NCBI GenBank assembly: GCA_047635375.1
Contig: JBLIKP010000001.1
Coordinates: forward strand, 7,115 to 71,114
Reading direction: 5' to 3'
DNA: 64,000 nucleotides
Source of the DNA: Sphingobacteriales bacterium
Lineage (GTDB): Bacteria > Bacteroidota > Bacteroidia > Sphingobacteriales > Sphingobacteriaceae
In this document: positions 47,275 through 56,637 of the stretch, one piece after another
How positions within the stretch are numbered: the stretch's first letter is position 1
How the letters are laid out: every line of letters begins with the position of its first letter
Translations under genes and position numbers: made by a program
Notes under the pieces: model-generated
What the model saw: only the letters and a program-made list of their open reading frames with translations
Database searches by the model: none
Told to the model about the DNA's origin: nothing

Positions 47275-48357
47275 CTAAGCTTTGTAAAATGGTGGCTTCG
47301 CAATAATTGCTTTTACTGGTTTGTTGCGGATATTGATAACAATTTCCGTTCCTTCTTTGTTATATTCTTTTGGAACATAACCCATTCCAACGGCCTTTTT
47401 CAGACTTGGAGATTGAGTTCCCGATGTAACTCTTCCAATTACTTCGCCTTCGATGTTTAAAATTTCATAGTCGTGACGAGGAATTCCTCGGTCAACCATT
47501 TCAAATCCTACAAGTCGGTTTTTAATTCCAGCTTCCTTTTCCTTTAATAAGTTGGCGCTGTTTGTGAATTCCTTAGTAAATTTCGTAATCCAGCCAAGGC
47601 CCGCTTCTAAGGGAGATGTTTTATCGTCGATGTCGTTTCCATATAAACAGAAACCCATTTCTAGTCTAAGTGTGTCACGTGCACCAAGTCCTATAGGCTG
47701 AATGTCAAATTCAGCACCAGCCTCAAAAATTTTAGTCCAGATTGTTTCCGCATCGTTATTGTCAAAATAAATTTCAAATCCGCCAGCTCCTGTGTAACCC
47801 GTTGCCGAAACTAAAACGTTTTCAACTCCAGCAAAAACTCCCTTTTCAAAGGTGTAATAACCCATGTCCGAAAGTTTAATGTCGGTTAAAGCCTCCAATG
47901 CTTGCGTGGCTTTTGGACCTTGAACAGCCAAAAGTGTTGTGCGGTCACTTATGTCAATCATTTCAACACCCTTGGTGTTGTGTTTTTTTATCCAATTCCA
48001 ATCTTTCTCCATGTTGCTGGCATTAACCACCAACATGTATGTTTTTTCGTTAACACGGTATACAAGAAGATCGTCTACAATTCCACCGTCTTCGTTTGGA
48101 AGGCAGCTGTATTGAACTTTTCCATTCACTAATTTTGAAGCATCATTACTTGTAACACGCTGAATTAAATCTAATGCATTTTCACCTTTAAGGATGAATT
48201 CGCCCATGTGGCTCACATCGAAAACACCAACACCCGTTCTTACCACTTGGTGCTCTTGGTTAATTCCTTCGTAAGAAACAGGCATGTTATATCCTGCAAA
48301 TGGAACCATTTTGGCTCCTAGGACTATATGCTTATCGGTTAATGCTGTAGATTTCAT
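47275..48357 (-). CDS. gcvT: glycine cleavage system aminomethyltransferase T
   Basis: The ORF-track start at 48381 is trimmed to ATG 48357 ([31 protein letters not shown]). Contains FDVSHMGE and [11 protein letters not shown]. Confidence 0.95.
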   Translation of the reverse strand: MKSTALTDKHIVLGAKMVPFAGYNMPVSYEGINQEHQVVRTGVGVFDVSHMGEFILKGENALDLIQRVTSNDASKLVNGKVQYSCLPNEDGGIVDDLLVYRVNEKTYMLVVNASNMEKDWNWIKKHNTKGVEMIDISDRTTLLAVQGPKATQALEALTDIKLSDMGYYTFEKGVFAGVENVLVSATGYTGAGGFEIYFDNNDAETIWTKIFEAGAEFDIQPIGLGARDTLRLEMGFCLYGNDIDDKTSPLEAGLGWITKFTKEFTNSANLLKEKEAGIKNRLVGFEMVDRGIPRHDYEILNIEGEVIGRVTSGTQSPSLKKAVGMGYVPKEYNKEGTEIVINIRNKPVKAIIAKPPFYKA

Positions 48358-48495
48358 AGTTTGATATCTTAAAAAGTACAAAAATAGACAATTATTAAAT
48401 GTTGTTCACCAAATTATATACCTAAAATTTAAAAGGAATGTTTAAATCCCTATATTGCAAGTTGAACATCTAATTTTTAATCATAAATTATTTAA

Positions 48496-50577
48496 ATGAA
48501 AAGATTTTACACGCTTGCAATTGTCGCCCTGTTAACGAGCCCTGCAGTCTTTGGGCAAGGAATCGATGACGAATGCGCAACTACGGATTATACCAATAGA
48601 ATGATGCAGTCCGATCCGCAATTCGAGCTTAATCAGCAACAATTAGAAAGAGAAACACAGCAATATATTGCGAATATGAAAGTCGCTGAGCGTGATTCTC
48701 ATCCAACAAAGGTGATTCCTATGGTTTTTCATATTCTTCATGATTATGGTGTTGAAAATATAAGCAAAGAACAGATTGAGGATCAAATTGGACGCCTGAA
48801 TGAAGATTTCAGGAAAATGGCCGATGATTATGCAAATATCCCCGATACTTTTCGTGGAGATCATGCAGATACAAAAATTGAATTCCGTCTTGCCCAATTA
48901 GATCCAAATGGAAATTGTACCGACGGGATAGTGCGCCAGCAATCGAATAAAACCGAAATGGATTATCCAGCTGAAAATGCTGCTTTAAAAGCAGAAAGCT
49001 ACTGGCCAAGCAATATGTACGTTAACGTTTGGGTAGTGCGCAGTATTGGCGGGACAATCAATGGATATGCCCAATTCCCAGGTGGAAATAGTGCGACGGA
49101 CGGTATTGTGTTGCGACATGGTGTTGTAGGTTCAATTGGAACTGGCGTCAGCTCAAACAATGGACGTACTTTAGCTCATGAACTAGGTCACCTATTTAAC
49201 CTAAGACACGTATGGGGTGATGGTCCTTGCGGACAAGACGATTTTGTACAGGATACTCCTGAGTCTGACGCTCCAAATTATGGCTGCCCAATTGGTCATG
49301 AGTCGTGCGGTTCTTTGGATAACTTTTATGCACTTATGGATTATTCTGACGGTTCATGCAGAAAAATGTTTACGAACGGACAGTCAGATAGAATGCACGC
49401 TTCACTTGAATCAGGACGAAGTGGAAGAAATAATCTTTGGTCACCGGAAAATAGAATTGCAACAGGTATCAACGACGATTATGTTGCTGTAACCTGTAAG
49501 CCACGCGCCGATTTTTACCCGTCAAAAACAGTAGGTTGTGAAGGAAGTGAAATCCGTATTGATAATTATTCTTGGCAAGGTGACGCCGATTCAGTAAGAT
49601 GGGTTGTTTATAACGACTCAGTAGAATATGTTTCTACGGAAACTGAGCCAACTATCCTTTTTGAAAACGCCGGAGTGTTTAACGTAAAACTTGTGGTTTC
49701 AAACTCAGCAGGATCTGATAGCATTGAACGTGAGAATCTAATATTAATTTATCCAGGCGAAGGTGAGAAATCTCCTATTGCTCAGGGCATGGAAGATGAG
49801 AATTTTCCGGATAATGGATGGAGTAACCTAAATCCTGATGAAAATCAAATGTTGGAAATTACCTACGACGCTGCCTATACTGGCGCAGCAAGTTTAAAGT
49901 GGAGCAACCCCAACGGTTCGGCAGCAGGTGATCAAGGAGTTTTAATGTCTCCGGTTATTGATCTTTCTAAATCAAATACGCCCGTGGTTACATTTAAAGT
50001 TGCCTACGCTCGTAGAAATGGAAATAGTGGTGACGCATTAAAAGTATTGATTTCTGATAACTGTGGAAAATCATGGAAGCAGCGTTTAAATAGAATTGGA
50101 TCGTCGTTGGAAACAACTTCAGCAACGGTTTCAGGGAATTTTTTCCCAGATGAATCTGAATGGAATGAAATTGAAGTTAGCCTTGCATCCGTAAATGGAG
50201 TTTCTAACGCTTTGATTCGTTTTGAATTTACCTCAGGCGGCGGAAATAATTTCTTTATTGATGATATCAATATCTTCGATAAAAACCCGCCAACGGGAAT
50301 AAATGATTTATCAAGCTTTGATTTTAATCTTATGCCAAACCCAACAGAAGGAAATGCGAAGATTAGATTCAATATGCCGGAAATGGGAGCTGTTAGCTTA
50401 AAGGTGTTTGATGTGCTTGGAAAAGAAATCTATTCAGCCTTGCCAGAAAGCTTTAATGCTGGTAGAAATGAAATGGAAATCAACAAAGAAAAAATGGGAA
50501 TGAATGCAAAAGGAATTTATATAATTCAACTTTCTACGCCATTCGGAAATAAAACTAACCGTTTAGTGGTTAAATAA
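48496..50577 (+). CDS. secreted M43-type zinc metalloprotease with PKD-like and MAM-like domains and a T9SS CTD (paralog 3)
   Basis: 693 aa. Signal peptide MKRFYTLAIVALLTSPAVFGQ. Contains HELGHLFNLRH, ALMDYS, TSGGGNNFFIDDINIFD and the CTD MPNPTEG...FDVLGKEIY...GIYIIQL...LVVK. Confidence 0.85.
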   Translation: MKRFYTLAIVALLTSPAVFGQGIDDECATTDYTNRMMQSDPQFELNQQQLERETQQYIANMKVAERDSHPTKVIPMVFHILHDYGVENISKEQIEDQIGRLNEDFRKMADDYANIPDTFRGDHADTKIEFRLAQLDPNGNCTDGIVRQQSNKTEMDYPAENAALKAESYWPSNMYVNVWVVRSIGGTINGYAQFPGGNSATDGIVLRHGVVGSIGTGVSSNNGRTLAHELGHLFNLRHVWGDGPCGQDDFVQDTPESDAPNYGCPIGHESCGSLDNFYALMDYSDGSCRKMFTNGQSDRMHASLESGRSGRNNLWSPENRIATGINDDYVAVTCKPRADFYPSKTVGCEGSEIRIDNYSWQGDADSVRWVVYNDSVEYVSTETEPTILFENAGVFNVKLVVSNSAGSDSIERENLILIYPGEGEKSPIAQGMEDENFPDNGWSNLNPDENQMLEITYDAAYTGAASLKWSNPNGSAAGDQGVLMSPVIDLSKSNTPVVTFKVAYARRNGNSGDALKVLISDNCGKSWKQRLNRIGSSLETTSATVSGNFFPDESEWNEIEVSLASVNGVSNALIRFEFTSGGGNNFFIDDINIFDKNPPTGINDLSSFDFNLMPNPTEGNAKIRFNMPEMGAVSLKVFDVLGKEIYSALPESFNAGRNEMEINKEKMGMNAKGIYIIQLSTPFGNKTNRLVVK

Positions 50578-50601
50578 GAACAGTCCCTTAAAACGAATTA
50601 G

Positions 50602-50629
50602 AGACCGACAGCCTTGTCGGTCTTTTTTT
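50602..50629 (+). terminator. rho-independent terminator after M43 paralog 3
   Basis: 9-bp stem agaccgaca (50602-50610) / tgtcggtct (50615-50623) with a 4-nt loop, followed by a T-run to 50629. Confidence 0.8.
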
Positions 50630-50633
50630 ATGC

Positions 50634-51920
50634 CTAAATATTTAGGATATTCCTGATGGCTTTAGTTTTAAGGAGGGATTCTTCGTATTCGCCTTCCGCG
50701 GAAGCGTCATGAGTTATCGCACCGCCGGCCATAAAAGACAAATACCCTGTTTCTTGGTTATAGAAAATTGAGCGGATAATCACATTGAAGTCAAAATCTC
50801 CAGAAGGACTCACATATCCCACACTTCCTGAAAAAAGACTGCGCCTTGAGCTTTCACTCTCATCAATAATTTCCATTGCCCGTACTTTAGGAGCACCGGT
50901 CATGCTCCCCATTGGGAAGGCCGATTTTAGTGCATTAACCCAAGTTTTGTCGGGTGAAATCTGGGCGCTAACCGTACTAATCATTTGATGTACTTGGGAA
51001 AACGAATAAATCCCCATTAACTCATCCACTGTAATAGTTCCTGCCTTGGAAACACGACTCAGGTCGTTTCGCACCAAATCTACAATCATTACGTTTTCTG
51101 ATTGCTCTTTGCGATTTGAGCGTAATAATGTTTTTGCAGCCTCGTCTTTTATAGGGTCTTTTTCTCTAGAAATAGTACCTTTAATTGGCTGAGAAATTAG
51201 TTTGTCCCCTAGTTTTCTTAAGAATCTTTCAGGGCTGGCACAGGCCAATTGACTATTGTTGTTTTTATAATATGCCGAAAACGGAGTAGGGCTAAATTCT
51301 GAAAGTTTATTGCTTAAGTAGGGCAGGTTTAATCCAGGAGATATGGCGTGAAATTCCTGACAAAAATTTACCTCGTAGATTTCACCCGTTCTAATGTATT
51401 CTTTTAGTTGAGCAAGAGTTTCTAAATATTGCTTTCGAGAAATCCGATTGGAAATTTTAATTTCCGGAAGAACAATATTTTTTGGGATTTCAAGCCCTGT
51501 TATTTCGTTGAAAATTTTGTCGGCACGGGACTGGTCCCCGGAAATCTGAATTTCAACGTTGTTTCCAAAAATGAAAATTAAATGCTCTGGAACGAAGAAG
51601 CTAATTTCTGAAAAACCAGTGGGGTTATCCTTTTTAGAGGATAGATTTTCAGCTTGATTTTTCAAATCATAGCCAAGGTGGCCGAAAATCCAATCCTTTT
51701 GCTCCTTGTGGAAATTGAATAAATCATTGAAATAATCTTGAGAGGTAGGTTTGAAAACCGACATATTTCCAGCTGCAATTGCGCAATTAAAACTGCTGTA
51801 ATTATCTTTATGCCCTTGGGAATCCAACAATAGAAAATAATCCTCCTTTGCTCCCCAAATTTTTGCCTTGGCGATAAAGGTTTTAGTTTCTGAAAGTGTA
51901 TATGTAAATTGATTCCGCAT
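50634..51920 (-). CDS. pabB: aminodeoxychorismate synthase component I (anthranilate-synthase component I family)
   Basis: The ORF-track start at 52043 would overlap the divergent nif3 gene, so I prefer ATG 51920 (MRNQFTYTL...). The C-terminal chorismate-binding motifs are SPERFL, FPMGSMTGAPKVRAMEII and GGAITHDS-like (GGAITHDA). Confidence 0.8.
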   Translation of the reverse strand: MRNQFTYTLSETKTFIAKAKIWGAKEDYFLLLDSQGHKDNYSSFNCAIAAGNMSVFKPTSQDYFNDLFNFHKEQKDWIFGHLGYDLKNQAENLSSKKDNPTGFSEISFFVPEHLIFIFGNNVEIQISGDQSRADKIFNEITGLEIPKNIVLPEIKISNRISRKQYLETLAQLKEYIRTGEIYEVNFCQEFHAISPGLNLPYLSNKLSEFSPTPFSAYYKNNNSQLACASPERFLRKLGDKLISQPIKGTISREKDPIKDEAAKTLLRSNRKEQSENVMIVDLVRNDLSRVSKAGTITVDELMGIYSFSQVHQMISTVSAQISPDKTWVNALKSAFPMGSMTGAPKVRAMEIIDESESSRRSLFSGSVGYVSPSGDFDFNVIIRSIFYNQETGYLSFMAGGAITHDASAEGEYEESLLKTKAIRNILNI

Positions 51921-51983
51921 GTTTGGCTTACGCCGACAAAAGTAAACAAGTTTTAAGAACTCCGACTGATAAAAATAATCAAC

Positions 51984-53081
51984 ATGACACAGATAAAACA
52001 AGTAATAAGTTTCCTTGAAAAATGGGCGCCGCCTTCGCTTCAAGAAAGTTATGATAATTCTAGATTGATTGTTGGTGATGATTTTAAGGAGGTAACAAAC
52101 GTTTTGGTGTCGTTAGATTGTACCGAAGAAATCATAGACGAAGCGCTCGCTAAAGGCGCTAACCTGGTGGTTTGCCATCATCCCATCGTTTTTAAGGGAT
52201 TAAAATCATTTACTGGGAAAACCTATGTTGAGCGCACTGTAATAAAAGCCATTCAAAATAATGTTGCCATTTATGCTATTCATACGAACCTCGATTCGGT
52301 TTTGGACGGGGTGTCCGGGAAAATCGCCGAAAAATTGGGCCTTGAAAACGTAAAGATATTAAGAAGCTCCCCTGGAAAGCTTAAAAAAATTGTTGTTTTT
52401 TCGCCTGAATCTTGTGCCAATGAAGTGCGTAGCGCAATGTTTGAAGCAGGAGCTGGTGCCATCGGCGATTATGAGGAGTGTAGCTTTAATTCCAAAGGTG
52501 ATGGAACGTTTAAGGCTGGTGTTTTAGCGGATCCTTTTGTAGGGAATATCGGCGAAAGTCATATTGAACCTGAAATAAAAATCGAGTCGGTTTGCCCGGA
52601 TTTTCTGGTCGGAAGAGTTATAGAGGCCGCGGTTAAAAAACACGCTTACGAGGAAGTAGCCTATGACGTTTTTTCCACAGACAATGTGCATTCGAAATAC
52701 GGCTTGGGAGTTGTGGGAGACCTTAAAACGCCACTGGCAGGCGAAGACTTTCTAAGAATGACAAAAAAATCATTAGCAACGGAGTGTGTCAGGCATACGC
52801 AGATTCCGAGCAAGAAGATTGAAAAAGTAGCGGTTTGCGGGGGGGCAGGTGGATTCCTTTTGGACGACGCTAAAGCAGCTGGAGCCGATGTTTTGGTTAC
52901 AGCCGACTTCAAATATCACGAGTTTTTTGACGCAAGGGATAGCGTCATGATTGCTGATGTTGGACACTTTGAAAGCGAGCAATTTACAATTGATTTATTG
53001 CATGATAGAATTAGTGAAAAATTTAGTAACTTTGCGGTTCTAAAAACTGAAGTAAATACCAATCCAATAAACTATTTTTAG
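51984..53081 (+). CDS. Nif3-like dinuclear metal-centre protein (YbgI/YqfO family)
   Basis: 365 aa. Contains LVVCHHPIVFKG and YAIHTNLD, with an inserted PII-like domain and a C-terminal DVGHFESE. Confidence 0.9.
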   Translation: MTQIKQVISFLEKWAPPSLQESYDNSRLIVGDDFKEVTNVLVSLDCTEEIIDEALAKGANLVVCHHPIVFKGLKSFTGKTYVERTVIKAIQNNVAIYAIHTNLDSVLDGVSGKIAEKLGLENVKILRSSPGKLKKIVVFSPESCANEVRSAMFEAGAGAIGDYEECSFNSKGDGTFKAGVLADPFVGNIGESHIEPEIKIESVCPDFLVGRVIEAAVKKHAYEEVAYDVFSTDNVHSKYGLGVVGDLKTPLAGEDFLRMTKKSLATECVRHTQIPSKKIEKVAVCGGAGGFLLDDAKAAGADVLVTADFKYHEFFDARDSVMIADVGHFESEQFTIDLLHDRISEKFSNFAVLKTEVNTNPINYF

Positions 53082-53086
53082 TCCAC

Positions 53087-53836
53087 ATGGAATTAACCGT
53101 AGAACAAAAATTACAGGCCCTTTGGGATCTTCAATCGATTCACACTGAATTAGATTCAATTCGTAGTGTACGTGGTGAGCTGCCTATGGAGGTGCGTGAC
53201 CTGGAAGACGATATCGCTGGTCTTCAAACACGTATCGAAAAGCAAAAACAAGATATTGAAGATACTGATCGCGACATCGCCGATAAAAAAGTATTCATCA
53301 AAGACTGTTTAGCTTTAATCAAAAAGTACGAAGAGCAACAAATGAAGGTTAAAAATAGCCGTGAATTTGATGCAATCAATAAAGAAATGGAGCTTCAAAA
53401 CCTTGAAGCGAAAGTTGCTGAGAAGAAAATCCGTGAGATGGAAGCAACTATCGTGGGTAAAAAGGAAGCTTTAGAAGTAGCAGTGGTAGACCACGACGAA
53501 CGTAAAAAAGATCTAGAGCACAAAAAAGGTGAATTAGAAACTATCGTTGCTGAAACTGAAAAAGAAGAGAAAAAACTTCTAGCTGAAGCTGACAAATCTT
53601 GCAAAAACATTGAAGAAAGATTATTAAACGCTTACACTAGACTTAGAGAAGGTTCTAAGAATGGTTTAGGAGTTGTAACTATCGCGCGTGATAGTTGTGC
53701 AGGTTGTTTCAACAAGATTCCACCACAGCGCCAAGCCGACATCCGTCAGCGTAAAAAGATTATCGTTTGTGAGCATTGCGGACGTATCCTTGTTGATGAG
53801 ATTTACGCTGGAACGGCTGAGGAGGTTGAAGACTAA
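53087..53836 (+). CDS. coiled-coil protein with a C-terminal C4 zinc ribbon (COG1579/DUF164-like)
   Basis: 249 aa. A long heptad-rich region is followed by CAGCFNKIP...CEHCGRIL. It starts 5 nt after nif3, a widely conserved gene pair. Confidence 0.8.
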   Translation: MELTVEQKLQALWDLQSIHTELDSIRSVRGELPMEVRDLEDDIAGLQTRIEKQKQDIEDTDRDIADKKVFIKDCLALIKKYEEQQMKVKNSREFDAINKEMELQNLEAKVAEKKIREMEATIVGKKEALEVAVVDHDERKKDLEHKKGELETIVAETEKEEKKLLAEADKSCKNIEERLLNAYTRLREGSKNGLGVVTIARDSCAGCFNKIPPQRQADIRQRKKIIVCEHCGRILVDEIYAGTAEEVED

Positions 53837-53855
53837 TCACACTCATAAAATATTC

Positions 53856-53891
53856 AAACCCTCGAAATTTTTTTTTCGAGGGTTTTTTTTT
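53856..53891 (+). terminator. rho-independent terminator after the zinc-ribbon gene
   Basis: 12-bp stem aaaccctcgaaa (53856-53867) / tttcgagggttt (53874-53885) with a T6 loop, followed by a T-run to 53891. Confidence 0.8.
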
Positions 53892-53930
53892 GCCCTTTTT
53901 CAGATTAGATTTTAATTATATTTGCCCTTA

Positions 53931-55409
53931 ATGAAGCGCTATATTCTTTCCTTATTATTTGTTTCTCTTACATCTGTTCTTCAAGCTGGAGCCACATGGT
54001 CAGCAGGTTGTCAGCAGGTTTATGATGATATATTTAATCTGAAATTCTCCTCGGCGCAGTCTCAAATCGCGGTGTTAATGGGGAAAGAAACGGAGAACTT
54101 AATGGTCCCCTATCTTTCTCATTATCTCGATTTCCTCGAAGTAATTCTAGGAGAAGATCCTGATTTGCTTTTAGAAGTGGAAAGGAAACGTGAGAATCTC
54201 CTAGCCCTATTAAGTAAAGACGAAAACCCAAATTCATTATCTCGATTCTTGGAAGGAGAGGTTAATCTGCAATGGGCCATGCTTCAGCTTAATATGGCCA
54301 ATTACCTTTCAGGGGCATTAAATGCCCGCCGAGCATTTAAGATTTACAATGAACTTTATGCTGTTGATCCTGATTTCCTCCCGCTTAAAAAAAGTAGAGG
54401 ATTACTTTTAACAGCATTGGGTGGTTTGCCGGATGATCTTCAGTGGGTTGTAAATCTCACAGGTATGAAAGGAGATGTCAATCAAGGTTTTTTAATGGTT
54501 GAGGAATTTATCCGTGAAAGCGAAAATACTCCTTACTCCCTTTGGAATAACGAAGCTATCTTTTTCGATGTGTTGTTGAATTTCAATTTTACGGATAAGC
54601 AAATTGCCTTCGACAAAGCCATGAAGCATACTGAAAGTCTTCCCGCTTCCCATCTCTGCCGGATTTTTATCCGTGGACTTATTGGGATGAAATCCGGGAA
54701 TGTCGAAGAAGCCTTAAAGGCAATCCTATATAGACCTAAGGGAAAAGAGTATTTCCCCTTTCCTCATCTTGATTATTTAGCGGGGTTAGGGATGCTTTAC
54801 GCAGACGACCCTAGGTGTCCTGATTATCTAATGACCTTTTTGAATAACACTTCTGGTCCCAACAGAGTTAAAGATGCATACTTGCATCTAGGTTATTTTT
54901 ACTACCTGAATGGTAATCTTGAAAAATACCAGAAAGCGATTAATAATTGTCTGCAAAGAGGTGATGATAAAATTGACAGGGATAAGCAGGCTATGCTTGA
55001 GGCAACCTTGCCATTGCCTGATAAAAAACTGTTAAAAGCACGGTTTTTATTCGATGGAGGTTATTATGATCGCGCTATTGCCGAAATCCCTGAAAATCTT
55101 GGGGTAAAATTTTCTGGGAATCAATTTACAGAATTTAACTACCGCCGTGGCCGAATTTTCCAACGAATGGATAATAAGCCAGAAGCGATTAAAGCCTATG
55201 TAATTGCGCAACAACAGCCAAACCCTGACGGACTATATTTTCAAGGAACCGCAGCCTTGGAATTAGGGCGCATATTTGAGAGCCTGGGTAATAAAAAACT
55301 TTCAAGCTTTTATTACAGCAAGTGCTTGTCCTTTTTAGGATTTCAATACGAAAGAGGAATAAAAAGCAAGGCCCGTGCAGGCCTTGATAGAATTGAAAAA
55401 ATAAATTAA
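53931..55409 (+). CDS. hypothetical secreted helical-repeat (TPR-like) protein
   Basis: The ORF-track start at TTG 53922 is trimmed to ATG 53931 (MKRYILSLLFVSLTSVLQAGA, a signal peptide). The alpha-helical composition includes TPR-like stretches near the C-terminus (YRRGRIFQRMDNKPEAIKAY..., LELGRIFESLGN). No family named. Confidence 0.55.
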   Translation: MKRYILSLLFVSLTSVLQAGATWSAGCQQVYDDIFNLKFSSAQSQIAVLMGKETENLMVPYLSHYLDFLEVILGEDPDLLLEVERKRENLLALLSKDENPNSLSRFLEGEVNLQWAMLQLNMANYLSGALNARRAFKIYNELYAVDPDFLPLKKSRGLLLTALGGLPDDLQWVVNLTGMKGDVNQGFLMVEEFIRESENTPYSLWNNEAIFFDVLLNFNFTDKQIAFDKAMKHTESLPASHLCRIFIRGLIGMKSGNVEEALKAILYRPKGKEYFPFPHLDYLAGLGMLYADDPRCPDYLMTFLNNTSGPNRVKDAYLHLGYFYYLNGNLEKYQKAINNCLQRGDDKIDRDKQAMLEATLPLPDKKLLKARFLFDGGYYDRAIAEIPENLGVKFSGNQFTEFNYRRGRIFQRMDNKPEAIKAYVIAQQQPNPDGLYFQGTAALELGRIFESLGNKKLSSFYYSKCLSFLGFQYERGIKSKARAGLDRIEKIN

Positions 55410-55942
55410 AATTTATTCTTCCACATCATGCTTTCAACAGGCTTAGTAGTGCGCGTGTTGTATTTTGCATTCGCCTTCTTGTTGTACATGGTTTTAATAT
55501 CACCCTTAACAACAAAATAGATTAACTGACCAATGGGCATACCGGCATAAATACGCACGGGCTGTGCACAGCTTATTTCCAATGTCCATGTATTGCAAAA
55601 TCCTACGTCACCCTTTCCGGCGGTTGCGTGGATATCAATACCCAATCTACCGGTGCTAGATTTCCCTTCTAGGAAAGGAATATGGCGGTGAGTTTCGGTG
55701 TATTCTTCAGTAACACCTAGGTAAAGCGTGTTTGGCTGAAGTACAAAACCTTCTTCAGGAATTTCGAAATGCTCAACCTTGTTGTGCTTTTTGGCGTCTA
55801 ATACTCTATCGTTGTAAACGGCTAAGTATTTACCTAAATGAACGTCGTACGAGTTCGTACCTAAATCGTCTTCGTTATACGGCTCAATAACTATAGAACC
55901 ATCTTTTATTTCTTGAAGTATTTCTTTATCCGAAAGAATCAT
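55406..55942 (-). CDS. dcd: dCTP deaminase
   Basis: The ORF-track start at 55951 is trimmed to ATG 55942 (MILSDKEILQEI...). Contains GKSSTGRLG and LEISC. Confidence 0.92.
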   Translation of the reverse strand: MILSDKEILQEIKDGSIVIEPYNEDDLGTNSYDVHLGKYLAVYNDRVLDAKKHNKVEHFEIPEEGFVLQPNTLYLGVTEEYTETHRHIPFLEGKSSTGRLGIDIHATAGKGDVGFCNTWTLEISCAQPVRIYAGMPIGQLIYFVVKGDIKTMYNKKANAKYNTRTTKPVESMMWKNKF

Positions 55943-55995
55943 AGGGGGCAAAAATTTTGGCTAAATTAGCAATTCATTTTTAAGATAAGTAGCAC

Positions 55996-56637
55996 ATGGG
56001 AATGATTTTAAACCGACCAATTCAAGGCGGCGCCCAATTAGGGTTGTGGAGTATTCAAGAAAGGGAGCAATATCTGCAATCAAAGCTTATTTTAAACGAT
56101 GCTGAAATGGATTACATAAACTCCATTTCAAACGCTCCACGTAGGCGTGAATGGCTTGCCAGCCGAGTTTTACTGAAGAAACTTTTAAAAACTACAGAAT
56201 TTGTCGAGGTTCGTGTCGACCCAGATAGGAGACCTCGGCTGGTTTCTCTTCCCCATAAAATAAGTATTAGCCATACCCATGATTTTGCTGCGGTTGTAGT
56301 GCATGAAGAAAAAGAGGTAGGCGTTGATATTGAAAAAATGGAAGGTAGAATTCTTAGAATTAAAGAAAAATTTATGCATCCTGATGAATTAAAATTCATT
56401 GATGCTAAAAACGAAGAACAACATTTGTACGCTTGTTGGGGTGCTAAGGAGGCTTTATTTAAAGTATGCCCGCTTCCTGGGGTAGATTTTAAGTCTCAAT
56501 TAAATCTAATGCCATTTGACATTAAGGAGGAGGGTGTTATTGATTGTAAAATCTCAAAACCTGGTGCAGAGGGCAATTTTCAGGTTCATTACCAAGTTTT
56601 TGGGGAATGTATGCTTACCTACGTTGTGCACCCTTAA
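55996..56637 (+). CDS. 4'-phosphopantetheinyl transferase (Sfp-type)
   Basis: 213 aa. Contains ISISHTHDFAAVVV, VGVDIEKM and WGAKEALFK, which are PPTase motifs. Confidence 0.85.
   Translation: MGMILNRPIQGGAQLGLWSIQEREQYLQSKLILNDAEMDYINSISNAPRRREWLASRVLLKKLLKTTEFVEVRVDPDRRPRLVSLPHKISISHTHDFAAVVVHEEKEVGVDIEKMEGRILRIKEKFMHPDELKFIDAKNEEQHLYACWGAKEALFKVCPLPGVDFKSQLNLMPFDIKEEGVIDCKISKPGAEGNFQVHYQVFGECMLTYVVHP

Noticed and set aside
48358-48495. A glycine riboswitch upstream of gcvT.
   Set aside because: The spacer is only about 138 nt, is shared with a divergent gene and is extremely AT-rich. I see no GGAGAG/CACCG-type conserved cores or stable paired stems. A TATTTTTG -7-like box (complement of 48379-48386) is present, but its nearest TTTG lies 23 nt away, so I did not list it as a promoter.
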